Below, one piece after another: positions 1-8,438 of a stretch of 47,840 bases of DNA. The notes beneath the pieces are model-generated. The model had not been told where the DNA came from. It did no database searches and was given only the letters and a program-made list of their open reading frames with translations. Positions within the stretch are counted from its first letter, which is position 1. Each line of letters starts with the position of its first letter. Source of the stretch: an uncultured Flavobacterium sp. (GTDB taxonomy: Bacteria; Bacteroidota; Bacteroidia; Flavobacteriales; Flavobacteriaceae); contig CAZTGF010000001.1 in NCBI GenBank assembly GCA_964612955.1, forward strand, positions 1 to 47,840. Direction: 5' to 3'. The position numbers and the translations under genes are program-made.

Positions 1-663
1 AACCGCCTGTTTTACGTAGAATCTTTTGCGCCGTTTTATACGCCAAAGCGCTACAAGAACGAATCGGGCCAGCTTTTGGAACATTCGCCTTTCTGCGAGC
101 GAGATTTTAAACTTCCGCAGACGATTGAAACCCACGATGAAAAAGGCGATTTCCTGATTAAAATTAAAAAGCAGAACCACATTCACGAATTCATTTACGC
201 CTCACACCCGTTCGATGTTATTGGCTGGGATGGCTACAATTTTCCGTACGGGTTCAGCATTCACAATTTCGAACCTATTACAGGCCGCGTTCACCAACCG
301 CCTCCGGTACACCAGACTTTTGAAACGTCCACTTTTGTAGTTTGCTCGTTCTGTCCGCGACTTTACGACTACCATCCAAAGGCCGTTCCTGCGCCGTACA
401 ATCACAGCAACATCGACAGCGATGAGGTACTTTATTATGTAGACGGTGATTTTATGAGCCGCAACAATATAGAACAAGGGCATATTACATTACACCCCAA
501 AGGCATTCCGCACGGGCCTGCCCCCGGGGCTATGGAGCGCAGCATCGGACAAACCGAAACTGTGGAACTCGCCGTTATGGTGGACACGTTCAAACCGCTC
601 ATGGTTACAGAAGCTGCAATGGGACTGGACGACGGAGCATATTATAAATCCTGGGTTGAATAA
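1..663 (+). CDS. hmgA: Homogentisate 1,2-dioxygenase (5'-truncated by window)
   Basis: Frame is open from base 1 (NRLFYVESFAPFYTPKRY...). Motifs HPFDVIGWDG, VHQPPPVH, PYNHSNIDSDEVLYY and TLHPKGIPHGP (Fe ligands). Adjacent to hppD. Confidence 0.93.
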   Translation, partial: NRLFYVESFAPFYTPKRYKNESGQLLEHSPFCERDFKLPQTIETHDEKGDFLIKIKKQNHIHEFIYASHPFDVIGWDGYNFPYGFSIHNFEPITGRVHQPPPVHQTFETSTFVVCSFCPRLYDYHPKAVPAPYNHSNIDSDEVLYYVDGDFMSRNNIEQGHITLHPKGIPHGPAPGAMERSIGQTETVELAVMVDTFKPLMVTEAAMGLDDGAYYKSWVE

Positions 664-671
664 TTTTTTTT

Positions 672-736
672 GGAGCTGAAACCCGTCTTCCGCTGCAATC
701 TTTGCCGGGCAAAGGATTTCCGCTTCAACCGGGGCT
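672..736 (-). repeat. Flavo-1-like structured intergenic repeat/ncRNA, copy 1
   Basis: GGAGCTG..CCCG..CGCTGCAATCTTT-[hairpin]-AAAGGATTTCCGCT..CGGGGCT is shared with 26229-26311. It resembles the Flavo-1 RNA motif as recalled; not verified by search. Confidence 0.7.
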
Positions 737-794
737 AAAACATCATTAAACCAATAAACACCGGCGCAAACCGGAACATTAAATTTAAATTAAA

Positions 795-1955
795 ATGAGT
801 AAAGAAGTAAAATCCGTAGAGTACGGGCTTGAGAAAATATTTGATGGCGCACAAGACTTTTTGCCACTTTTAGGAACAGACTACGTTGAATTCATCGTAG
901 GAAATGCCAAACAGGCCGCCCATTTTTACAAAACCGCATTCGGGTTCCAGTCGCTTGCATACGCAGGTTTGGAAACCGGAATCAGAGACAGGGCGTCTTA
1001 TGTGTTGCAGCAAGACAAAATCCGCCTAGTGCTTACCACGCCACTTACGGCAGAATCTGAACTCAACAACCATCTACGCATCCACGGGGACGGCGTTAAG
1101 GTAGCGGCGCTTTGGGTCGAAGATGCGCGTAGTGCGTTTGAGGAAACTACAAAGCGCGGCGCTCGTCCGTACATGGAACCTACAGTAGAACAAGATGAGT
1201 TCGGAGAAGTGGTGCGTTCCGGGATTTACACTTACGGAGATACGGTCCACATCTTCGTAGAACGCAAAAACTACAACGGTGTGTTTTTACCCGGATACCA
1301 AAAATGGGAATCTGATTATAACCCGGAACCAACCGGCCTGAAATTCATCGATCATATGGTTGGAAACGTGGGCTGGAACGAAATGAATACCTGGGTGAAA
1401 TGGTACGAAGATACAATGGGCTTTGTAAATTTCCTTTCGTTCGACGACAAGCAAATCAATACTGAATATTCGGCGTTGATGAGTAAAGTAATGTCAAATG
1501 GCAACGGCCGCATCAAGTTCCCGATTAACGAACCCGCAGAGGGAAAGAAAAAATCGCAGATTGAGGAGTACCTCGATTTTAACGGGGGCCCGGGCGTACA
1601 ACACCTGGCCGTAGCCACCGACGACATCATCGCTACGGTAAAAACTTTGCGCGCTCGTGGCGTGGAATTTTTATCAGCGCCGCCACCGGCTTACTACGAG
1701 GCTATTCCCGCGCGTCTGGGCGAGCATATGAGCATGATGAAAGAAGATCTCGGTGAACTTGAGAAACTCGCGATTCTCGTGGACGCGGACGAAGAAGGTT
1801 ATTTGTTGCAGATTTTCACTAAACCGGTTCAGGACCGTCCTACGCTGTTTTTTGAGATCATTCAGCGCATGGGTGCACGCGGATTCGGCGCAGGAAACTT
1901 TAAGGCCCTGTTTGAATCGATTGAGCGCGAGCAGGAAAAGCGCGGAACCCTTTAA
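795..1955 (+). CDS. hppD: 4-hydroxyphenylpyruvate dioxygenase
   Basis: IDHMVGNV, GVQHLA, YLLQIFTKP and FFEIIQRMGARGFGAGNFKALFESIERE motifs. Confidence 0.97.
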   Translation: MSKEVKSVEYGLEKIFDGAQDFLPLLGTDYVEFIVGNAKQAAHFYKTAFGFQSLAYAGLETGIRDRASYVLQQDKIRLVLTTPLTAESELNNHLRIHGDGVKVAALWVEDARSAFEETTKRGARPYMEPTVEQDEFGEVVRSGIYTYGDTVHIFVERKNYNGVFLPGYQKWESDYNPEPTGLKFIDHMVGNVGWNEMNTWVKWYEDTMGFVNFLSFDDKQINTEYSALMSKVMSNGNGRIKFPINEPAEGKKKSQIEEYLDFNGGPGVQHLAVATDDIIATVKTLRARGVEFLSAPPPAYYEAIPARLGEHMSMMKEDLGELEKLAILVDADEEGYLLQIFTKPVQDRPTLFFEIIQRMGARGFGAGNFKALFESIEREQEKRGTL

Positions 1956-2059
1956 TTAAACATTAAGAATATTCGCAATATTAAGGCCGCCGAAAACGTT
2001 TTCGTTATCAAAGTTTTGTTAAATCATGATTTTTAACGAGAATTCATAAACCGCAAGCG

Positions 2060-2067
2060 TAAATTTG
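2060..2067 (+). promoter_or_regulatory. Bacteroidota -7 promoter element (TAAATTTG)
   Basis: Exact TAnnTTTG match upstream of a hairpin/terminator unit. No clear -33 element. Confidence 0.5.
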
Positions 2068-2070
2068 CAG

Positions 2071-2180
2071 TGTAAAAAATAAGGAGTGGTTTCCTTTATT
2101 TTTCCTGTAAGTTTTCATAATTTATAGTTTTTTGGTTGGTTAATAGCATGAAACCCGGTCTGAAAAGATCGGGTTTTTTG
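2071..2180 (+). ncRNA. Candidate small RNA (about 110 nt)
   Basis: -7 element, 5' hairpin (2075-2103), U-rich single-stranded middle, then an intrinsic terminator. No + strand ORF of note. Confidence 0.45.
2151..2180 (+). terminator. Intrinsic terminator
   Basis: AAACCCGGTCT-GAAA-AGATCGGGTTT followed by a T run. Confidence 0.8.
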
Positions 2181-2244
2181 TTTTAACACCTTTTGGAATG
2201 AATCTTGCAAAAATGGTAAACCTAAAATTACCTACTTTTAAGCT

Positions 2245-3018
2245 ATGAAAAAGATTCTTCTACTCCTTTTTGTATCGCTGCTGATGAGTTTTTCCTCCAA
2301 AAAGGAAGATGCCTATACGAGCGGCGAATGGTTCAAATTCCGTATCCATTACGGTATCATCAATGCAGGTTACGCCACCCTTGAACTTAAAGAAGCCACG
2401 CTGAACGGCAAAAGAATGTATCACGCCGTAGGTAAAGGCTGGACTACGGGAATGTCCCGCTTCTTTTTTAAGGTGGATGATACCTACGAAAGCTATTTTG
2501 ATAAAGGCACCGGCATTCCCGTTCAGTTTGTGCGTAAAATTTACGAAGGGGGTTACGAACGCCATCAGTTAGGTTATTTTAACCAGAGCGCAAAAACGGT
2601 TTTTGTCAAGGACGTTTTGCGAAAGCGCGAAAACACTTATGTGATTCCGTCTCCGAGTTACGATGTTGTCTCAATGTTTTACCATTTGCGCAACCATCCG
2701 GATATCGATAATTTAAAAGTAAACGAATCGCTCACGATGGATATGTTTTTCGATGATGAGACGATCAAGTTTAAGTTAAAATTTGTTGGTAGGGAGGATA
2801 TATCTACTAAATTTGGCACCGTCCCTACCATGGTTTTTAAGCCATTTGTGCAATCGGGCCGCGTATTTAAAGAGCAGGAGAGTCTTACTGTCTGGATTTC
2901 AGACGACGACAATAAAATACCGGTGCGAATCAAAGCCAGCCTGGCCGTAGGATCGCTCAAAGCAGAACTGGACGGCTACCGCGGACTCAAACATTCATTC
3001 AAAGTAAAACCCAAATGA
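2245..3018 (+). CDS. DUF3108 domain-containing exported protein
   Basis: Signal peptide. GEWFKFRIHYGIINAGYATL and TVWISDDDNKIPVRIKASLAVGS are typical of Bacteroidota DUF3108. Confidence 0.75.
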   Translation: MKKILLLLFVSLLMSFSSKKEDAYTSGEWFKFRIHYGIINAGYATLELKEATLNGKRMYHAVGKGWTTGMSRFFFKVDDTYESYFDKGTGIPVQFVRKIYEGGYERHQLGYFNQSAKTVFVKDVLRKRENTYVIPSPSYDVVSMFYHLRNHPDIDNLKVNESLTMDMFFDDETIKFKLKFVGREDISTKFGTVPTMVFKPFVQSGRVFKEQESLTVWISDDDNKIPVRIKASLAVGSLKAELDGYRGLKHSFKVKPK

Positions 3019-3956
3019 TGATGACCCATCATAACATTTCTGACGATATCTTAGGAAAACTCGATCAAAAGTTTAGTTCCATCGACCAGAAACTACAGAC
3101 CCATCTGGAAGGTCTTTTACACGCAAAACCCATTACTTACTGGGATTATATCCAAACGGACGCTCTTTTAAACCTCCAGATTCAGCGCACGCAGTTGCCC
3201 GACGAAATGGTGTTTATCATGTACCATCAGGTAAATGAATTGCTGTTTAAGATGGTGCTTTGGGAACTGGAACAAATCTGTCACACAAGTCAGATTGAAC
3301 CGAAGTTTTTCGCAGACCGTCTCGGACGCATCAGCCGCTATTTTGATATGCTTACGTCGTCGTTCGAAATCATGGGCGACGGCATGGAAGTGACTCAGTA
3401 CATGAAATTCCGCAATACGCTAACGCCTGCGAGCGGGTTCCAAAGCGCCCAATACCGTTTGATTGAATTTGCTTCGACAGATCTTATTAATCTCATCGAC
3501 CATCGCTATCGCGCCACGATTGACCGCGCCACGCCGTACGAGCACGCTTTTGAGCATTTGTATTGGCAAGCGGCGGGCAAAGATTACGAAACCGGCAAAA
3601 AAAATTATCTGATTCAGGCGTTCGAAAAAAAATACAAAGACAGCTTTTTGCGTTATATGGAGCAGTATAACACGATTAACCTCTGGCGTAAGTTTTCGGA
3701 ACTTCCAGAGTCTGTGCAACAGGATCCGGACCTGCGCACGGCCATGCGTCATTACGATTACACCGTGAATGTGAAATGGGTAATGGGCCATTTGAACGCC
3801 GCCAGAAAGTATATAGAGAGCGGCGAAGGGGTTGCCGAAGCCACGGGGGGAAGCGATTGGAAAAAATACATGCATCCCAAGCACCAACGCCGCATTTTCT
3901 TCCCTGAACTTTGGTCCGAAGAAGAACTGCAACGATGGGGACAAGAAGAAGTGTAA
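3015..3956 (+). CDS. kynA: Tryptophan 2,3-dioxygenase family protein
   Basis: YWDYIQTDALL, DEMVFIMYHQVNELLFK, FRNTLTPASGFQSAQYRLIE and ATGGS. 4-nt overlap with the upstream stop. Confidence 0.9.
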   Translation: MMMTHHNISDDILGKLDQKFSSIDQKLQTHLEGLLHAKPITYWDYIQTDALLNLQIQRTQLPDEMVFIMYHQVNELLFKMVLWELEQICHTSQIEPKFFADRLGRISRYFDMLTSSFEIMGDGMEVTQYMKFRNTLTPASGFQSAQYRLIEFASTDLINLIDHRYRATIDRATPYEHAFEHLYWQAAGKDYETGKKNYLIQAFEKKYKDSFLRYMEQYNTINLWRKFSELPESVQQDPDLRTAMRHYDYTVNVKWVMGHLNAARKYIESGEGVAEATGGSDWKKYMHPKHQRRIFFPELWSEEELQRWGQEEV

Positions 3957-3974
3957 TCGCATAAGCCAGAAGAT

Positions 3975-5228
3975 TTGAACAGATTGTCACTCGTATGGCT
4001 GCTACTGTGCGCACTCGTGCTAAGCAGTTGCAGTAGATCCGAAGACCAGAATACACAACAGGCCGCCGCGCCCAAAGCTGAACCGGAAATCTTTGAATTC
4101 GGATTTCGCTTGAAGGATTTTACGGTGGTGTACGATACGGTGAGCCGCGGGGATACCTTCGGAAGTATTTTGCAGAAACAGCAGTTTACACCAAGCCAGG
4201 TTCATCACATCGTTGAAGCGATTCGCGATACGTTCGATGTGCGCCGCATCCGTGCCGGAAAGCCATTTACGCTGTTTAAAAGCAAAACTGGCGATTCGCT
4301 TCAGGCACTCGTTTACCAACCGGACAGACTCAGTTATTTTGTGGTGGATTTCCGAGATTCGGTTCACGCGTATAAAAAGGTGCGCCCCGTGACTATTAAA
4401 CGCCGGACAATCGTAGGCGAACTGGACGGTTCCCTGACCGAAGAACTCGCGCGTCAGAAAGTTGACATTTCGTTAGCGAACAAAATCTCCAACGTATATG
4501 CCTGGTCCATCGACTTTTTTAAACTCCAGAAAGGCGACCGGTTTGCGATGACTTTTACCGAGCGGTTCATTAACGATACAATTTACGATGGGGTAGAAGA
4601 TCTGGAATCGGCATTTTTCGAGTACAAGGGCAAAGTCATATACGCGTTTCCATTTGTTCAGGACGAGGCTTCCGGCCGCGTCGATTACTACGACGAGGAA
4701 GGCATGGTGCTCAAGAATATGTTTCTGAAAGCGCCGCTAAAATTCAGCCGTATTTCGTCCCGATTCTCCAAAAACCGTTTTCATCCGGTTCAAAAAGTCT
4801 GGAAAGCGCATAAAGGTACCGATTATGCAGCGCCTACGGGTACGCCAATTATGACCACAGCCGCGGGCGTCGTTGAGCAAACCGGTTTTACGACCGGAAA
4901 CGGCAATTATGTAAAAGTTCGGCACAACGGCACTTATTCCACGCAATACCTGCACATGTCCAAAATTCTCGTGCGTCGCGGACAACGCGTGGCCCAGGGC
5001 GATATTATCGGGAAAGTCGGTTCCACAGGACTTGCTACAGGACCTCACGTTTGTTACCGGTTTTGGAAGAACGGTGTTCAGGTGGATCCGCTGCGTTTAA
5101 GCCTGCCGAATTCGGAGCCGATGAACCCAAAACACAAGCCGCGTTTTATTGCGCAAAGCACTCCGCTCAAACGCGAACTCGACTCGGTTGCTGCCTTACG
5201 TTGGCCCGAGTTTAAGAAACCTGTGTAA
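3975..5228 (+). CDS. M23 family peptidoglycan DD-endopeptidase (MepM-like), probable lipoprotein
   Basis: HKGTDYAAPTGTP (HxxxD), YLHMS, GSTGLATGPHVCY. Lipobox LSSC. TTG start. Confidence 0.9.
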   Translation: MNRLSLVWLLLCALVLSSCSRSEDQNTQQAAAPKAEPEIFEFGFRLKDFTVVYDTVSRGDTFGSILQKQQFTPSQVHHIVEAIRDTFDVRRIRAGKPFTLFKSKTGDSLQALVYQPDRLSYFVVDFRDSVHAYKKVRPVTIKRRTIVGELDGSLTEELARQKVDISLANKISNVYAWSIDFFKLQKGDRFAMTFTERFINDTIYDGVEDLESAFFEYKGKVIYAFPFVQDEASGRVDYYDEEGMVLKNMFLKAPLKFSRISSRFSKNRFHPVQKVWKAHKGTDYAAPTGTPIMTTAAGVVEQTGFTTGNGNYVKVRHNGTYSTQYLHMSKILVRRGQRVAQGDIIGKVGSTGLATGPHVCYRFWKNGVQVDPLRLSLPNSEPMNPKHKPRFIAQSTPLKRELDSVAALRWPEFKKPV

Positions 5229-5266
5229 TTCCCGCGGGTGTCCGGCAAATTTTGTAAATTCAGTTT

Positions 5267-6913
5267 ATGGTTTTAAACAGTATCAATCCCGAAAAATGTC
5301 CGGCTTGGAAATCCCTTTCGGACCATTATTCTGAAATGCGCAGCGTGCACATGCGCGATTTATTCACGCAAAATCCGGATCGCGCCTCAAAAATGACGAT
5401 TCGCACAGCCGATTTCCTGTTCGATTATTCCAAAAACATAGCGTCTGAGAAAACGGTTGATTTACTCGTTCAACTGGCCCGTGAGGTTCGGTTAGAGGAG
5501 GCGATCGGGCAATATTTCGGCGGTGCCCGGATTAACGAAACGGAAGGCCGCGCGGTAATGCATACGGCTTTGCGGTCCGATAAAAGCGAAATTCTGATCG
5601 GCGGCGAGAATGTCGTTCCTGAGATTCAGCGCGTGAACGCCCGTATGAAACAGTTTTGCGAAAATGTAATTTCAGGATCGCATAAAGGGTTTTCGGGAAA
5701 ACGGATTAAAACCGTGGTAAATATTGGCATCGGAGGTTCGGACCTGGGACCGGCGATGGTTGTGGAAGCGCTAAAATTCTACAAAAATCAACTAGATACG
5801 CATTTCGTCTCGAACGTGGACGGCGACCATATCGCGGAAGTGCTGCAACAGTGCGACCCGGAATCCACGTTATTTGTGATTGTATCGAAAACTTTTACAA
5901 CTCAGGAAACACTTGCCAATGCGGAATTTGCGAAGAGCTGGTTCCTCAAAAGTGGAAATGCTGATGCCATCGGAAATCATTTCGTGGCCGTGTCATCGAA
6001 CGTAGAAACAGCAGTCGCGTACGGAATTGCACAGGAATCTATTTTTCCGATGTGGGATTGGGTTGGCGGAAGATTCTCGATCTGGAGTTCGGTCGGACTC
6101 TCGATCGCGCTGGCTGTAGGTTACGACAATTTCGAGCAGATGCGCGCCGGAGCGTTGACTATGGACAAACATTTTGAATCGGCCCCGTTTAAAGAAAATA
6201 TTCCGGTGGTTATGGCGATGCTGAGTGTATGGTATAACAATTTTTTCGGCGCTGAGTCCGAGGCTGTAATACCGTATGCGCAGTATTTGTCGCGTTTTGC
6301 GCCTTACCTGCAACAGGCCGTGATGGAGAGCAATGGCAAAAGCGTAGCCCGGAATGGAGAAACTGTCTCTTACCAAACCGGCAATATTATCTGGGGCGAA
6401 CCCGGAACCAACGCACAACACGCGTTTTTTCAGTTGATACATCAAGGTACAAAATTGATTCCGGCGGATTTTATCGGATTTGGAACACCGCTGCACGGAA
6501 ACTGGCAACACCACGACAAACTCATGTCGAACTTTTTCGCCCAAACCGAAGCGCTGCTCAAGGGCAAAACGGAAGCGGAAGTAAACAAAGAAAATAAAGG
6601 TTCGGCCAGCGATGAGGCAAAACGCGCACTGCCGTTTAAAGTTTTCGCCGGCAACAAACCTACCAATACGCTGCTCATCGATAAGCTAACACCAGAATCA
6701 CTTGGCGGGCTCATCGCATTGTATGAACACAAAATTTTTGTTCAGGGAATTGTCTGGAACATTTTCAGTTACGATCAGTGGGGCGTGGAACTCGGCAAAC
6801 AAATGGCCAACGTCATTCTGTCTGAGTTTGACAGTCCTGAGCCTGAATCGCACGACGGGTCGACTGCAGCGCTCATCGATCATTACCTGAGGTTTAGAAA
6901 TGCCGCGAAGTAA
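5267..6913 (+). CDS. pgi: Glucose-6-phosphate isomerase
   Basis: NIGIGGSDLGP, VSKTFTTQET, DWVGGRFSIWS, MESNGK and SYDQWGVELGK. Confidence 0.98.
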   Translation: MVLNSINPEKCPAWKSLSDHYSEMRSVHMRDLFTQNPDRASKMTIRTADFLFDYSKNIASEKTVDLLVQLAREVRLEEAIGQYFGGARINETEGRAVMHTALRSDKSEILIGGENVVPEIQRVNARMKQFCENVISGSHKGFSGKRIKTVVNIGIGGSDLGPAMVVEALKFYKNQLDTHFVSNVDGDHIAEVLQQCDPESTLFVIVSKTFTTQETLANAEFAKSWFLKSGNADAIGNHFVAVSSNVETAVAYGIAQESIFPMWDWVGGRFSIWSSVGLSIALAVGYDNFEQMRAGALTMDKHFESAPFKENIPVVMAMLSVWYNNFFGAESEAVIPYAQYLSRFAPYLQQAVMESNGKSVARNGETVSYQTGNIIWGEPGTNAQHAFFQLIHQGTKLIPADFIGFGTPLHGNWQHHDKLMSNFFAQTEALLKGKTEAEVNKENKGSASDEAKRALPFKVFAGNKPTNTLLIDKLTPESLGGLIALYEHKIFVQGIVWNIFSYDQWGVELGKQMANVILSEFDSPEPESHDGSTAALIDHYLRFRNAAK

Positions 6914-6963
6914 GGCGGATTCCAACGGAATTTTTCTATATTTGAGCCAACAAACTAAATCCT

Positions 6964-7389
6964 ATGTACGATTTTCTTCACTCCACGCACTCCATTTGGG
7001 CTTATCTGGTACTGGCGTTGCTTTTAGTAGCGGTTATAAATTCAATCGCTGGTTTTGTATCCAAACGCGAATTTAAAAAATCGGACCGCTTGATGGGGTT
7101 GCTTGGATTGGTAGCGACGCATCTGCAATTGGTCTTTGGATTGCTGCTTTACCTGAACTCTCCGATGGGTCTTGAAGCGCTTGGAGAAATGAAGAATGCC
7201 GAACTGCGCCTCACCTCTCTCGAGCACCCGCTGATAAATATTATCGGGATTATTCTGATTACCGTGGGCTGGTCGCGTCACAAGAAAGCGGCGGACAGTC
7301 AGGAGAAGTTCCGTTCGATTTGGTTGATGTACGGCATTGGTTTGGTGTTGCTACTTTCCCGCATTCCCTACAATATGTGGTTTTCGTAA
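6964..7389 (+). CDS. Conserved 4-TM membrane protein with histidines (cytochrome b-like, function unknown)
   Basis: Four hydrophobic segments with His in THS, ATHLQ and LEHP. TATATTTG -7 element at 6937-6944. Confidence 0.6.
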   Translation: MYDFLHSTHSIWAYLVLALLLVAVINSIAGFVSKREFKKSDRLMGLLGLVATHLQLVFGLLLYLNSPMGLEALGEMKNAELRLTSLEHPLINIIGIILITVGWSRHKKAADSQEKFRSIWLMYGIGLVLLLSRIPYNMWFS

Positions 7390-7464
7390 ATCATCGGCGC
7401 TCGTTTTTATAGCGCTTTTCCCGCCCGAGGTACGCTTCTTGTTAACCGGAGCGGCGAGAGAAAA

Positions 7465-7941
7465 ATGTTACTCATGAAAAAAAGAATGCTCCTCCTGTTG
7501 GCGGCCCTGACTTTTGCTTTTGGTCTTAGCGGTTTCTCGTATCAGAAAAACCCGGTTGCCAATCAGGAAACGCCACGGGATTCTATTGTGCGGAACGCGG
7601 CCATTGCGGATAGTCTTAATCTCGTGCCGGACCTCACTTTGCAGCCGTTTAAAAATAATGCCCACGTTTCGTATTACCACGACCGGTTTAACGGAAGACG
7701 CACGGCAAGCGGTAAAAAATTTAATAATAACGATTACACAGCAGCGCACAGAAAGCTTCCGTTTGGTACAAAGCTAAAAGTGACGAATCCGCGCAATGGG
7801 AAATCCGTCGTGGTTACGGTGACCGACAGAGGCCCGTTTACCAGAGGCCGGGAGCTGGACTTGACCAAACGCGCGTTTATGGAAATTGCTTCGGACAAAG
7901 GTTCGGGAACCATGTCCGCTACGATTGAGATTGTTGAATAA
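7465..7941 (+). CDS. rlpA: RlpA-family (DPBB) lytic transglycosylase, paralog 1 (non-lipoprotein signal)
   Basis: SYYHDRFNGRRTASG, TAAHRKLPFGT and VTDRGPF..RELDLT. True start may be 7474. Confidence 0.88.
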   Translation: MLLMKKRMLLLLAALTFAFGLSGFSYQKNPVANQETPRDSIVRNAAIADSLNLVPDLTLQPFKNNAHVSYYHDRFNGRRTASGKKFNNNDYTAAHRKLPFGTKLKVTNPRNGKSVVVTVTDRGPFTRGRELDLTKRAFMEIASDKGSGTMSATIEIVE

Positions 7942-8348
7942 TGCGAATTTTTCTGAAGTTTTTTCTGTTTCTAATGCTGAGTTCGGCCTTTTACTCATGC
8001 GGTTCGTCCAAAAAGGCGGCACCGGGTAAAAGCGGCACGGTTGTCACTGCCAGAATGTATAGCAAGTCAGGTACGGCCTCGTACTATCACAACAAATTCA
8101 ACGGTCGAAAAACAGCGTCGGGCGAAAGATTCAGCAACAGCAAACTTACAGCGGCACACAGAAAGCTTCCGTTTGGAACGCGGGTTCGGGTTACGAATGT
8201 AGCCAACGGAAAATCGGTTGTAGTCGTGATTAACGATCGCGGGCCGTTCAAAAAAAGCCGCGAAATTGATCTTTCCAAGCGCGCTTTCATGGATATCACC
8301 GACAACAAAAATCACGGTCTTCTTAAGGTTAAGCTTACCATCCTCTAA
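7941..8348 (+). CDS. rlpA: RlpA-family (DPBB) lipoprotein, paralog 2
   Basis: Lipobox FYSC. ASYYHNKFNGRKTASGE, TAAHRKLPFGT and INDRGPF..REIDLS. Confidence 0.9.
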   Translation: MRIFLKFFLFLMLSSAFYSCGSSKKAAPGKSGTVVTARMYSKSGTASYYHNKFNGRKTASGERFSNSKLTAAHRKLPFGTRVRVTNVANGKSVVVVINDRGPFKKSREIDLSKRAFMDITDNKNHGLLKVKLTIL

Positions 8349-8388
8349 ACTTCCGTTTTAACATTTAACAGATTTTTAAACCTGCTTA

Positions 8389-8421
8389 GTTCGGTAACTG
8401 CCGAACCAGTTGGTATCTTTG
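8389..8421 (+). promoter_or_regulatory. Palindromic operator plus -7 promoter of the efflux operon
   Basis: GTTCGGTA-AC-TGCCGAAC (8389-8406, one mismatch) lies just upstream of TATCTTTG (8414-8421). Confidence 0.6.
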
Positions 8422-8438
8422 CCGCTCGTTTTCCGAAT

